Made by a program: the position numbers and the translations under genes. A stretch of DNA of 64,000 nt from Vicugna vicugna (Eukaryota): positions 4,665,819-4,729,818 of the forward strand of contig MU062133.1 in assembly GCA_013265495.1 (NCBI GenBank), given 5' to 3'. Shown piece after piece: positions 46,151 through 58,690 of this stretch; positions within the stretch are counted from its first letter, which is position 1, and each line of letters opens with the position of its first letter. The notes beneath the pieces were generated by a model. The model was not told the origin of the DNA and ran no database searches. It worked only from the letters and a program-made list of their open reading frames with translations.

Positions 46151-49100
46151 CGCACCTTTTGTTTGGGCAGGACGAGGGTGAGCAGAGTGAAGAACTCCCC
46201 ATGGATGCAAAATTTAAGGGGCGGGGGAAACAGTCACCATGATATATCGCATCAGAAATCAGTGCAGAAATATCCATGCTGAGCAACAGAGCCAACTTGA
46301 AATAAAGACAGCCTACCTGCCTCACCTCGCCCTAATCCTGGCCCTGCTTTTGTTCAAAACCCAGATTCCTAGTGTCCCCCCCATATCTACTGGCTTTATT
46401 ATTTCCTGGGGTCCTGGGTGATTTTTATGGTTGTGTTTTTTCCTTTTAAGCTTGTCTATGATTAATAACCACCCGAGGGCACTTGGTGAAATCTAGATTC
46501 TCACGTTCCTCGGGGACCTTCTGTATCTGAGTGGCCAGCAGAGAGGCCTGGGAAGCTGGAGGCTTAGCAAGGACCTCGGGAGCTTCCTAACCCCAGATAA
46601 GATGGCAAATAATGGTGAGTAGCAAGGAGTGTTTTATGGCCATGGGTGGGAAGCTTCGGGAAGATGCCTCCTGCAGGTCCAGGCAACAGGCAGAGCTTTG
46701 GCTGAGATTTTCTATTCTACTTTTCAGTTTCTAGTTGGGAGACTGTCCTGAATGTTAGAGAGGCACACATATTACATCCATACAGTAGGTACTCTGGGAG
46801 ACTCTGGAAGACAGCCTTAACTCCTAGCTGAACGTCAAAGCCCTACATGTCTGGCCCCTCACTCTCTCTCCAAGCTCTTTCCCATCAGGGGCTGCCTGTC
46901 TGTGAGCATCCATGGACCAGCCTTGCCACTGTCACTGCCGCTGTCTCTGAGCAGACTTGCCTCTTGGAGGCTCTCCTCAGGCAGATTCCTCTGCTGAAGC
47001 ACCTTTCCTGTTTCCCACTGCCCATCTCTTCCTGCTGCTCTGTCCTTCAAGCTCTGAGGAGGCCCTTCCTCTCCAAGGAGGCCCCACACTCCTGAAATGC
47101 TGCAGCCGCTGCTCCCCCTCCATCCTCTGAAGTCCAGCCTCTACCTTTCCCCCTGGCAACCGCAGCTCTGTCCATGCTTTTATGTTTTCTTGGGGGTTTA
47201 TCAAACCTCGGAGGCCTCCTCCTTCCTTCTGTATTCTGGGAGTGTTCTCCTGAAGCAGCCAGAGGCTCCAGAAAGTTCATGGGCTACAGAGTCTGATAGC
47301 TTCACTCCAGGTCTCAGCTCCACCTCTTCAGAGCTTGAGTGACCTTGGACAAGTCTTCTCCCCTTTGGTTTCTTGGGACAAAATATAGTTACCTTGAAGC
47401 AGGGTGTGAAGGGCAGAGGAGGTAATGTAAATTACAAGGGAGGGGACCATCCCATGAATTATATTATTATTATTATTCATAATACAACTCAGCAAGCATC
47501 CTCTGAGGGCAGGGCGAGCATCTCCTAGGCCTTCCCGTGGATTGCAGTCCCACGTGATCCCCAAGCAGTAGCCTGGCCATGGACTTGCTCCTTCAGCAGC
47601 GGGCTGTGGGCGTGATTCGGGCCATCCATTCCTGCAGGAGGAGGGCAGACCCAGAGTGGAAAGGCTTTAAGGGGCTTATCTATCACCTACTTCATGCTAA
47701 AATGAGAAATGTTACAAATACCGAAGGTAAGCCAGAGAAAGTTCCTTTTAAGCTCTCTGACGTTCAGTTTCTAGCACTTAAGAAAAGCCTGGGAAACATG
47801 CTTTGGCAGAAGGACACTTGGGGGGCTGTGTTTTCTAAGTGGCCACTCGGGGTGAACATCTCTCGGGGGGCCCGGCCCCCCTCCTGGTGCTGCGTTAGGA
47901 GGAACAGACGCTCCAGCAGCCTGTGGGGACGGGGACGTGGGAGGTGCCGGGAGGCCCTGGATGCAATGGGGAGCGGGGCTCCCAGATACGGGGCCTCTGG
48001 TGTGTGTTCCGGTGCCGGATGCTGGTGTGAGCCGAACAGATTCGGCTCGTGGTTTCATCTGGGCAAAGACAGAATCAGGAGGGGCTTGTTTCTTTGTGTT
48101 CAGGGCCTGCTGGTGAGCACGGATGGAAAACTCAATTATCAGTGAGGTTAGGGGCAGGGCGGGAGGTCAGGGCCTCCCTGCCCGCTCTTCCTCTGGGCGC
48201 TGAGAGAGCCACTCTCCTTTCTGCTGCTCTGGGAGGAGGATGCATTGATCAGGGTCAAAGGTCACATGTCATCAAAGGCGGGCCAGGAATAAAGGGAGCC
48301 CTTCCCCAGGATTCTAGAATGGCCCCCGAAAACCCAAGGCGATTCACTCCCTTGGTAAGCTCAGATTGTCTTACGTGCGAGAGGGCCAGAATTCTGATTA
48401 CAAAATTTATAAGGAAACGTTGTTTTATCCTGGGAGAGCTTTCAAAGACTTAGGACTTGAAGGGGGAGGGGTTGGAAGCATTCTTTTTCTATCCTCCTCA
48501 GCCAAGAATTCCGAACCCTCTGGGGGAGACACGACACATGTCTTCCTTTTTTGAGGAAAAAACAATTCATTAAAAAGTTCTTTGTATGACTCCGGACACC
48601 TCAAAGATAGGACCCTAGCCACCCTTGTTTCACACTTATCTTTTCCCATGGGAATATTTCCTTTCTAGACAGGGCGGGGGTAAAAGCAATCCACGCACAG
48701 TGAGTTGAAAGTTGGAAGTTAAATTTGAACAATCACATGGCCAATGGATTACATGGAAAAATCATACAGATTGAAAAAAAGAAAGAAAGAAAGACAGTCT
48801 GCCAAAGAAGACAGACAGAGATGTAAAAAGAAAGACTGATGGAAAGAAATTTAGAGACACAGAAAGTGCATGCCCTGAATCAAGAGAAAAACCAGAATTC
48901 CATGTAGACAGACACAGCCGTAGCCAACGATCATCAGCTGATTCAAAATATGACAGACCTCCCCCAATTCAACATTTGGAACTAGAGGGGAGAAGAGAGT
49001 TTCCCAGCAGAGGGACCTATATATTTGCAGTAACAATTTCTCATTCTTTTCAGTGAAGTGTGGAAAATGGACAAGAGGCCCAGTTGTGACCTGCCTAACT

Positions 49101-49429
49101 TTCCAGTTGTCAAAACAAATTGAAGGCAGCGAAGGCAGGTGACAACACACAGGTTTTTGTCTCAAGAGCAGACCTGAGGTCCAGCCGAAGAGTGAGGCTG
49201 ACGAGGCAGAACCATCACTTAAATAAGCTATTGGGTCCCTCCTGCGTAAACGCTGTTGTCTATAGATAGACAAGCGTACCAAGGTGTTAACAGGGACCTG
49301 GCCTGAGAGAGTTGGCCCCTATTCCACAAGTGAGCCCAGAACCCACTTCTAACTCCTGAAAAATGAGCACAAGGAAAATGCGTATGAGGCACTGCGTTTC
49401 TGGACCCCTTCCAATTTCACTGAATGTAG

Positions 49430-49700
49430 GTTAACCTTAAGAACGCTGGTGCAAATGTCACCTCCTCCAGAAAGCCCTCCCCGTTTGCCCTGTTTCAGTG
49501 ACCGTCTCTCCACGACTCCTCTGCAGATGGGCTCTGTCCAGGACTTCTCGGTGCCTGTCTTTCAGCGATGGTTCTGGTCGGTTCTTGCTAAGTCCTTGGC
49601 CCATGTGTTATCTCCTCGCCTAGCCAGGGACCCCTGTGTGGACTTGGGGCATTTCTGGACTATGGTAGGTCCTCTGTAAAGAACTGCTGAGTGATGAGAA
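49430..49700 (+). mobile_element. L2 3' fragment
   Basis: 'caaatgtcacctcctccagaaagccctccc...ggtaggtcctctgtaaagaactgctgagtga'. Confidence 0.6.
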
Positions 49701-52700
49701 GAGACAGTGGCCCCATCTGGATATCAGTAATTCCGAACTGAGTCCATTTCCTAAGTTCTCGTTTATCTTGCAAGGCAGATAAGAATGTCATTGGAATCAT
49801 CATTTATGCATGGAAGGGCTAACATTGTCCGCTAACTCACTCAGCGTGCTGTTTAGTTCAGCTGCTATTTTTTTTCTTTTCATAGCAAGACTTCCTCAGT
49901 GAAGGAAACAGGATATTGATTTGTATTCCAGTGTGAACTCCTTATCCCTTGATTGGTAACTAAAATTTAAGACACACTGACAAAGAATAGCTAGTTCTCA
50001 CCTTCGTTGTAAAGATGTGAACTTTGAGGTTGAGAGAGAAGAAGTTACTTGTCCAAGATTTCACAGCAAGAAATAGAGCAGCGGGTACCCGGGCCTCCTA
50101 CCAGCCAGGTCCATGATAATAATACAGCAACGTCAGTGGTGTTGCCTCTAACTTCATACACGTCATCACGCCGCACCTGCAGTGTGGTGCTGAGAACTCG
50201 GCGTGGCAGGAACTCGTCTCTCCACACGAGAAGCCTTACAGAGGACAGAGACGTGTCCAAACACATCGCACAGGGAGGCGGCAGAAGAGGTGACGGTAAA
50301 CTGTCTCTGTCCTCCAGTTCAGTGCTTCTTCCAGAACACCAGGCTGCAGATGAGCTAACGGTTCTGGTCCTGCACGCTCCGGCAAGGGCCCCAGAAGTGT
50401 AAGGACAGGCTGATGTCCCAGGCCTGGCTTAAGGTAACTGCAGAATGGTGATGCCAATGGCTACGTTCAGGAAAAGAGTCAGGAATCCAAGTGCTCAAGT
50501 GCTCTGGCTCCATCTGTAACAGCATTCAAACTCCACAAGGCCCTGTACCTGGGTCTTCTAGAAGCACACCTGCCGGCCCCCTCAATCATTTTTGGAACGA
50601 AGTATGGTTAAAAAAATACACACGGTGACATTTAATCTCAGCATTTTACAGTGACACGTAGTCTCACGACACGAAGCACTTTGCAAATCACGGACCTCGT
50701 GCACACAGTGGGTCTTATTCTTAGGTCTAAGCCTTCATCAACCAGCTGTTCGCCATTTTCTAATTAAAAGTATGAACCTGGGGTACGCACCCATTAAAAA
50801 TGTAACATGGCCCATAAAATCTCATGTTTTTCATCTTTGTTTTTTAAGAACACAAAGTATGCCGATCTAATCATTTGAAATGTTTAAAGGACCCTTTTTT
50901 TTTCTTTTTGCTTGTAAGCAAAGTAAGCCATACAGAGGAACCAGTTGATCCCCTACAAAGATATACTTTTCCCTGGAGCAGACCCCCACTTTGATGGGAC
51001 AGCCACAAATAAGTCTCTTCACAGTTTTAACAACCAAGGATGGGCCACACTTTCACAGGCCTCCCGGAAACCTCTCGATGCACATAGTGAGCCCGTGAGC
51101 GCTTTCTTTCTGCTCCAACTGCCCAGCTAGGTGCTAGTGCCCGGGGGTCCGGGCTGGGGTCTGTGCCCACGGCTGCCTCGAGAGGCCTCGTTGGTTATAG
51201 TGAAATGAGCTGACCTGGCCAGAGGCCCGTCTTCCCCCAGGAGACCTGCGGACTCCCAAGGAATGAAGTCCGGATGCTCTAGAAGACCACGTCGCTGTGG
51301 GTGGTTCACAGAGGAGGACGGGGGAAGCCTGTGGTTTTTGGACCTGTGATTTCTCAAAGTGCGCAACAAACATGCTCTCTCTCAAAGCAAGTCTTTTACA
51401 CCCAGTTTGGACAGTGGCCGCAAGCTGGGAATTCCATGCCCTGCTCCGATTTTAACATCGCTTTGCACACTCAACTCACAAATCCTCAAAAAGATGGCAA
51501 GGTCTGCTGCGTCTGGGATGAAGTCAGAATTCCCCGGCTGGCCTGGGTGGCGCCAAAGAGGTGGCTAGAGGTTGGTCCAAATCTTAACTAGTTACTTCCT
51601 ACCTGAGCCTATTTTCTCATCACCGAGGGGGGTTAGTGAGAACATCTAAACTCTGGGGGTCATGTGAAGCTTTGAGGAGATGAGGAATGAGGGGTCTGAT
51701 TGCCCCAGCCCCGAAGGCCCCACTCTCGCTCCTCTTGTCCCCTCACTTTGTTTTTAATTATTATTTTTAAATTAAAGTATACATTTCCTTCCAATTTTTA
51801 CTCCCTTTTCCACCCCTTTTCTTTCCTTTGACTCTGTTGACGTCATACACAGAGGCCAGCCCTGGTATAGACACAGGTTCAATGTTGGGTCCCATGGGTT
51901 CCTGTCCCCAAGCTCTGACACCGGCTGGGACACACAGACAAGGGAATTAATGCTGGGGGGACACACGGGGCCCTGACAGACTCCGGGAGGGAACGAGTAA
52001 CTCAGGCGATTTCCACTGGCCTCCAGGTCTCGGGGAGCCCCTCCCCGGCTTTCGGCATGTCTGTGGCTTTGTTTAGATCCCTGGCTCCCTTGCAAGGAGT
52101 GCCTTTCAGGTTTTCGAGGGAAGGGGTGCAGAGACACTCTGTCCCCTGGCCTCCCTGGGGCTCGTGGTCTCCAAGGAGAACCAGAACCGGATACAGGCTT
52201 CAGCCAGGTGTCAGCTCCAAGGCTACGTCCACGCAGAAACGCTGAGAGGAAGGACATGGCGGTTGTCCAGAGAGATGGATGAAGGGGCTCTTGGGGAGAT
52301 GACGTGCAACTCCAGCACAGGGATGGGAGGAGAGCTACTACACAAGCGGGTCCCGTCACTGTCAAGGCGTCAGAAGGGAAGAGGATTAAACTGAGTTTGT
52401 CGAGAGGAAGAAGATTCAGATAGGCTCAGGCCGGCTGAGGACTCGACCCCTCCTCGGGTCCTCGGAAGGCTGTCTGTGTAGGGCAGGCAGGGCTCGCCAG
52501 TGGTGGGGGCGCTGGCTGAGAACCCAGCGCACGGGGTCTTCAAGGGCTGGAGTGTGACCCGCCAGGCCCCGCCTGATGGATACAACTTACCAAGCGTCCG
52601 CAGCCCCCCGGCTCTCTCCCGAGCACAAAAGCCTGTTGTTGGGGAGCTGAGAGGGTGAACACAGACGGTCTTCTCTGTGTCATTAACCTAATCGGTTTCA

Positions 52701-53329
52701 TCTTGGGGGTGGTTTTGTTTCAGTCTCTTAAAGAGCGTGGGGGAGGAAAGAGGACATTTCTTCTGACTTTGAAGAGTAGAGTGAAGGGTTAAAAGTGAAA
52801 ATTAAGCCCAGAAGGAAACGCACTTCAAGCCCTCTTCTTCTCATCAGAAAAGTTCTAATGCTTATTTTATATCGATGGGAGATTCACCTATTGTTTGGAA
52901 TGAAAGTGTTCTTTGTTATCATTGTTGCTGACAATATTGAACTGGGTACATTCATTGATGTACACCTTGCCTCATGTTTAGAAGGGTTTTGACACACCAG
53001 TAAAACAGATTTGCCACGAATAAAAGAATCAAGGCTAAGACAAAATGAAGATAGAAGACATGAAACGATAACAGAGAAAAGGTTAGAAGACAAAATTTGC
53101 CCCGAGGGTCTGGGCAGTAGCTGGATGTGGGCCTTGACTCAATTCTGAGCTTCCTAGTAGCCACAGTAATGAGGGAAATACATACAGGGTTTTCATCCTC
53201 AGCAAGAAACAAAGCTGCCTCAGTAAAAGAAGGCACTGTATGATGTATTGAAAAATACCAATAAAATCTTCCCAGAGATTTAGATAGTAGGATATATGGT
53301 CCATTAGAGACTTTCAAATTCACAAATAC

Positions 53330-53570
53330 TCCCAGGGCAGCATTTCCCGAAGTGTGTTCTCTGAAACGCTGATTCTGGGAGATGTCAAGAGGTGTTCCTC
53401 AAGAACAGACACTGTGTCTGGGGTCACATGGTTAGTAGTCGCACTCATTTCATCTCTTGGAGATTTGCAAAGCACCTGTTCTCCCGAGAGCTCAGAGGAG
53501 TCTGCAGAAAAGAATTTGGCTCAAACAGTCATTTCCCAATGTTTTTTTGGCCACAGAATCAGAATTTGGG
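53330..53570. mobile_element. Probable hAT-Charlie-type MITE
   Basis: 'cagcatttcccgaagtgtgttctctgaaac...catttcccaatgtttttttggccacagaa' has hAT MITE-like termini; family uncertain. Confidence 0.4.
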
Positions 53571-54914
53571 GGAATTCCTGAGTTCTTGCGTGGGTCGGTT
53601 CGCCTGGGCACTTTTGGGAGCTGCTGCCCTTTCTCCCAGCAGAGCCAGGTTCTGTTGCTTTGGGAGAGTCACCATGTGCAGATGAATCTCTTGGTCTTTC
53701 CCCTCCTGCTCCTCCCTCAAGGGTCCAGGCTTCTCTCAGCAAGCCCCGAAGATCAAGCAGGATGTGATCCGAACACCTGTCCCCGCCTGGGAGAGGCCGT
53801 GGCCTTCGAGGCTGAGTATCTCCAAAACAGACAGAGCTTCCCTTGCCAAGACTGGCCACTTTCACTGAGCAACATCTCTGCCAGCAAATCACAGTCTCTG
53901 TTTTACCAAAGATGAGCCCCTAATGCACCTGGGTGGGTGGTGGGAGACAGAAGAGGGGAAGGTGGGATGATGCTGTCGGCCACCTGGGTACCAGCACTTA
54001 TGATCAGCGTGATGGGTACATGATGCGTGTCTGTGGAGTCTCAGCAGGGACAGAAGGCTGGCAGTTCTGGGTGGGCTTCTTGGAGGAAGCAACACTTCAA
54101 CAGAGATTTAAAGGATTGGCAGGAGTTAATGTGAACGAGGAGGTATGGGGTCCCATTTGGGGCCTGGCTGGCTGGAACAAATGGTCAGAATTGGTGGAAC
54201 AAATGGCTGGGGAGGGAGGCAGCTGGTGGGGAGCAGGAGATAGTGGGCTTGGCTGACCAGTGTGGGCTTCCTTGTCCAGGACCCTCGGGGGCGCATGGCA
54301 GGACCACCCTGGGGGGGAGTGGCAGGGCTTTCCTGTGAGAGAAGGCCTCCTGCCTGGTGATGATGTGCTGTGGCATGTGGAGGGGACACATATGGGCTGA
54401 GAGGAGGGGTCAGGATACTGAGTGACGCCCCTGGGGCAGCAACTGCAGGGAAAGGGCAGAGCTCTGGCTCTCGGTTCCAGTGGATGATGGGGGGACGTGA
54501 CAAGCCCTCCCAGCTCCCTGGAGGACTGGGGCTCCCCCAGGCTGGACGTCAGAACAAATTAAGGGCATTGGTCTCAGCAGCCCCACCTGGCCGGCAGCGT
54601 GGTCAGGCCGGGCTGGCAGGAGGGACGTGTCTGCTGCAGCATCCTGGACTTCGGCCACTGGCCTCGGAGCAAGAAGTTCTCTCTCTGCACTGCCTTTTAG
54701 TAGTGTACTGCAGTACAAGAGACTATGGTGAAGACCCGGGTCATGGTCACGGTTTGAGGTTTTCTGTGCTCACCAACGTGAAAAACAGCAGCCTCGCAGG
54801 CGATCAGAATCACAGCCAGTTACAGAGGCAGCCAGAGGCCGTGGGGGGCAGGGCTGGTGCCACATCCTGCATTTCCATTTTGCTAAGTGTCTTCACAAGG
54901 ATTATCTCATTTGA

Positions 54915-55288
54915 TTTCTTAGTCTGTTTTGGCTGTTATCTTAAAATGTCATAAATCTGGGGAACTTAAGCAACAAACATTTATTTTTCTCAGTTCTAGA
55001 GGCCGGGATAATAAAAAACAAGGCACTGGCAGATTGGTGTCTGGAGAGAACCAGCTTCCCAGGTCTTAGACAGCCCAGCTGGCTGTCTTCGTGCTGTGTC
55101 CCCAGATGGTAGAAACAAAGGAAGGGATCTCTCTGCGGTCTCTTTTACAGGGCACTAATTCCATTCACGAGGGCTCCACCCTTGTGACTTAATCACCCCC
55201 AAAGACCCCGCCCCCTAGTGCCATCACACTAGGGGTTAGGATTTCAGCAGAAGACTTCTGGGAGGACATAAACAGTTGGTCTGTATCA
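54915..55288 (-). mobile_element. MLT1A-type MaLR LTR
   Basis: 'caacaaacatttatttttctcagttctagaggc...gggcactaattccattcacgagggctccacccttgtgacttaatcacc...ccatcacactaggggttaggatttca'. Confidence 0.88.
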
Positions 55289-55469
55289 CACCTCCCAGCA
55301 CCTTGTGAAACTGGGATTCCTTATTATCCCACGATTATATCCCCTGTTAAGGGCAGCCTTCCTGAATTTCCACATCTGGCCAGGCGCACCCTCTCTGTTT
55401 CTGCCTCCGGGACGTCCCCTCTCAGTGCACTCACACTGCATTCAGGTCACGGCTTCACGTGTATTTTTC

Positions 55470-55572
55470 ATAGCATGAAGACAGAACTTGAATCAGCTCA
55501 CAGACGTATCCCTAGCATCCAGCCCTGTGCTTGGCACACGCAGGGCTTAATCAATATTTGATGAATGAATGT
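55470..55572 (+). mobile_element. L2 3' tail
   Basis: 'gtgcttggcacacgcagggcttaatcaatatttgatgaatgaatg'. Confidence 0.7.
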
Positions 55573-56059
55573 GAAAAGTTTCACTCTCCCATGGTTGAAA
55601 ACAAAGTGCTTAGGCCTCAGGAAGTCTTGCTCCATCCCTGGGGCGGCTGGCTGGTGGCTGTAACCACGGGAAACACATACATTGGACCCACTCATGTAGA
55701 CCGAGGAGCATGGTGGGTGCTGGTGTCCGTCCACCAGTATAAACTTGTCGTGATTCTGGGACAGGCGGTTATTTTGCTGAGCTGTGCAAAGAGTGAGTTG
55801 TTGGAATTTGGTGAAGAGATTAGCCGAGGCTTGGTGATGCTTTGAGAAGATGGAGACATGAATGGAATTTTCTAAAAAAACTAACTTATTTTGAAAAAAA
55901 TAATACATGTTTGCTATAGAAACCTTACAATGCAGATAAGCAGAAAGAATAAAATAAATCAAAGAATGAAATGATTATTTCACCACATAGGGGTAACGAG
56001 CAGTAGCAGTGGGGGGCTAGCAGGGCATCCTCTCTGTCTCCTCGTGGTCCTTCCAGAAC

Positions 56060-56290
56060 CATGACTTCAGGGTGGCCTGGCTGCGTACTCAGCAATTCAG
56101 GACTCCAAAGGTCCAAGTCCCAAGAGACAGTCAGGTGGAAACTCTATTATCTCTTGTGACCTGGCTTCGGAAGTCACTTGGCCTCATTTCCTCCAGACTC
56201 CATCACTGGAGGCAGTTACAAAGTTCCACGTGGATCTGAGTGGAGGGAGCCCGGACCCCAAGTCTCAATGAGGAATGTTATCACTCCAGG
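56060..56290 (-). mobile_element. Old MLT1 (J/K-type) LTR fragment
   Basis: 'tcttgtgacctggcttcggaagtcac...ggagcccggaccccaagtctcaatgagga'. Confidence 0.6.
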
Positions 56291-57199
56291 GTTGGGAGAG
56301 TCCGTGGGACGGGAGAGGCACTGATGTGGCCATCTTCAGAAAATATGACGGGTTTGATGACATCTCAGTGTTTGCTATTAAAATGTTAAATAAGGTTACA
56401 GTTATTTCAATTGGGAGTCCCTTATCATCACACTGAAGTGAAAAAAAAAAAAAGCCAAAAAATTCTTGGCTAAATGATCCATAACCACAGCACATCATAC
56501 AGTGTTTCTCAGGTTTTGGAAATCTTAGCAGAACCCGTTTCATTTGTTGCTCACAGTTTCCGGGTGGAGACCGCCACCCCCGTGGAAACTGAAGTCTAGA
56601 AGGGAATAAAAAAAGCACCTCTGCAGTATCAGCTCCTGATGGATCTGGAAGTAGAGCTAAACATCCCTTTTCATTCCCAGAGGTGTCTCGCCCGTCCTCC
56701 GGGTAACACTCCTCGTGATCAAAATCCACCCAGAGTCACATTCTTCTCCCAGAAAACCGTGACACTGACCCAGGAGGTAAGACTTCCTTTTTAATGTTTT
56801 ATCTTTAGTGTGGCCTTCAGCCTTTAACTCCAGGATGGTTTATACTGAGTAAATATTAACCCAGAGCTGGACGACCAGGGTTTTATTAGCTGGAGGAACG
56901 CTCGGCAGAAGGGGCTGGAGAAGGTGGGTTGGTTGGCCCAGCATTTGGAGACGGCACCCAATTCTTGGGTGAGCGAATCTCTGATAGTCCTTGAAACTTG
57001 CTGGGCCGTCTGGTTGGGTGCCCACCTCTTGGGGAAAGCCTCGGGACCAATCAGACGACCATTTGGACTCTTGAAAAGACCTCTGAAGGCCCTGCTACCC
57101 TTATTCTCTGCTCGGCATCATATCAAGTATGTTACAATACACCTACATTTCACATCACAGGTCTTTCTCTTTCGCTATAAAAAAAAAAAGTGCAAAAGA

Positions 57200-57450
57200 A
57201 CCTCTACGATTTTGCTTTGGAAATTATTTAGTTATGGATAATTTAATTAATTTACAATTAAGTCCTTTTGTTTCTCTGCCTATTTGGAACCTCATGCAAA
57301 GTGAGAAAATAGAACCTACGCGCTGTTTGCTGACGTACTGAAAATTTCACGGGTGATAAACTTAACAATGGGACAAAAAGTGGCCAATGACATAACATGA
57401 CTTTTTTTAGATATTTAATTAAACATTTATCTGCTTTGATTTTGTAGTTT
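57200..57450. promoter_or_regulatory. AT-rich homeodomain/SOX/TCF candidate conserved non-coding element
   Basis: TAATTAATT 57244-57252, TGATAA 57354-57359, AACAATG 57364-57370, TTAATTAA 57415-57422, CTTTGAT 57434-57440. Confidence 0.35.
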
Positions 57451-58529
57451 TCATCTTATGTTGTAGAGCCAATAAGTTTTTTTTTCTAGCTCTCCGATAT
57501 TTTGTAGGACCTTAAAAAGCTCAGAAGCCAGGTCCTGTAGCTTCAGGGCCTGACAGATGAGATGACTCTGATTGCGATGAGGCCAGTGCTTTCCCAATGA
57601 AAAGAGCTCCCGCGGTCCCTCTAGTTGAGCCTTCAAAGCTGAAGCCAGCAAGAGAAATCATTCCTCATTACGAGTTGTCCTTTGGGTCGAGCGAGTGCAC
57701 TCCTGCTGCTCTAAATACAGCTGCTGGCAGGAAACTCTGTTGCTCAGTCAATGGGACGAGCGGGGCCAGGAAGTTTATCAAAGAATTCTGCAAATCTGAA
57801 TTCTCCATCATCAATTCGGCAGGATCCATTCTGATCATCAGTTCAGACAGATCTGGAATACCAGTAGGAAAGAGAACCTGATGGCCGAAAAACTCTTACA
57901 GAGGAGAAAATGGGCCATTGGAAGGACTTGCCTAAGTCCTAACATGGAAGGGAGTGGGGTTTAGAGGAGGAAACTCACATTGTTAAAAAGCCAAGCCACG
58001 CTGTGGCTCTGCAGGGGCTTCATGAGCTTCATTTGGGCCTCCGACATCTTTTCAAGGTATTCGCTCCTTGTTGCAGACTGGACCACGGGGGCTCAGAAAG
58101 ACCAATATTTGCTCAAGATGATGCAGGGACAGGAACCCAGGTCCGCCTAAATCCAAGGCTCTGCTTTGTCTTCCTGCCATTGTGACGGATAGAAGGACTT
58201 GCAATTTTTGGAGGAAATGAGCAGCATGTTTTTGAGGTTTGTGCTTGGAATACCAGTGGGATTAAGGGCACTGCAGAAGCAGTATCTTTTAGGATTTTCC
58301 ATTTGCAGAAGCCACAATCTTATAACAAACACTCAATATGAAAGACCTGGAGAGAAGTAAATTAAGGGCTTAGAAAGAGGCGATCCAGTGGGGACAAGAA
58401 CCCACTTGGTTAAGTGAACAAATACTCATGGAACATCTACCCTGCGCAGGAGGGCCTGGTGGGTGACAATCTCTTGGTCTCGGGCCCTCTGTCACAGATA
58501 CATACAGAAGCCGAGTGGAGAGAGCTCTG

Positions 58530-58690
58530 GCCTGTGTGTCAGAAGATCAGAATTTGCAAACTCCTCTTCCAATTCTCCGGCTGTGTAGCCTCAGACAAAT
58601 GGGTGCACCTCTCTGAGCCTCCATTTTGTGAGATGGAGATGATAATTCTTGCTCAACTCGCCTCCCAGGCCTCTGATGTTCCTGAAGATC
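58530..58690 (+). mobile_element. MIR SINE
   Basis: 'ggctgtgtagcctcagacaaatgggtgcacctctctgagcctccattttgtgagatggagatgataat'. Confidence 0.75.

Noticed and set aside
51772-52365. 197-aa minus-strand ORF, the longest in the window (likewise 54370-54954, 61271-61831, 6964-7521 and 43390-43917)
   Set aside because: No recognisable domain, composition typical of random GC-rich frames (P/G/S/R/W/C-rich), and some overlap decayed repeats; ORFs of this length are expected by chance in six frames
57597-57881. 94-aa ORF MKRAPAVPLVEPSKLK... that looks coding-like at the DNA level
   Set aside because: No homology recognised in any forward frame, no convincing splice sites, and the motif content fits an enhancer better
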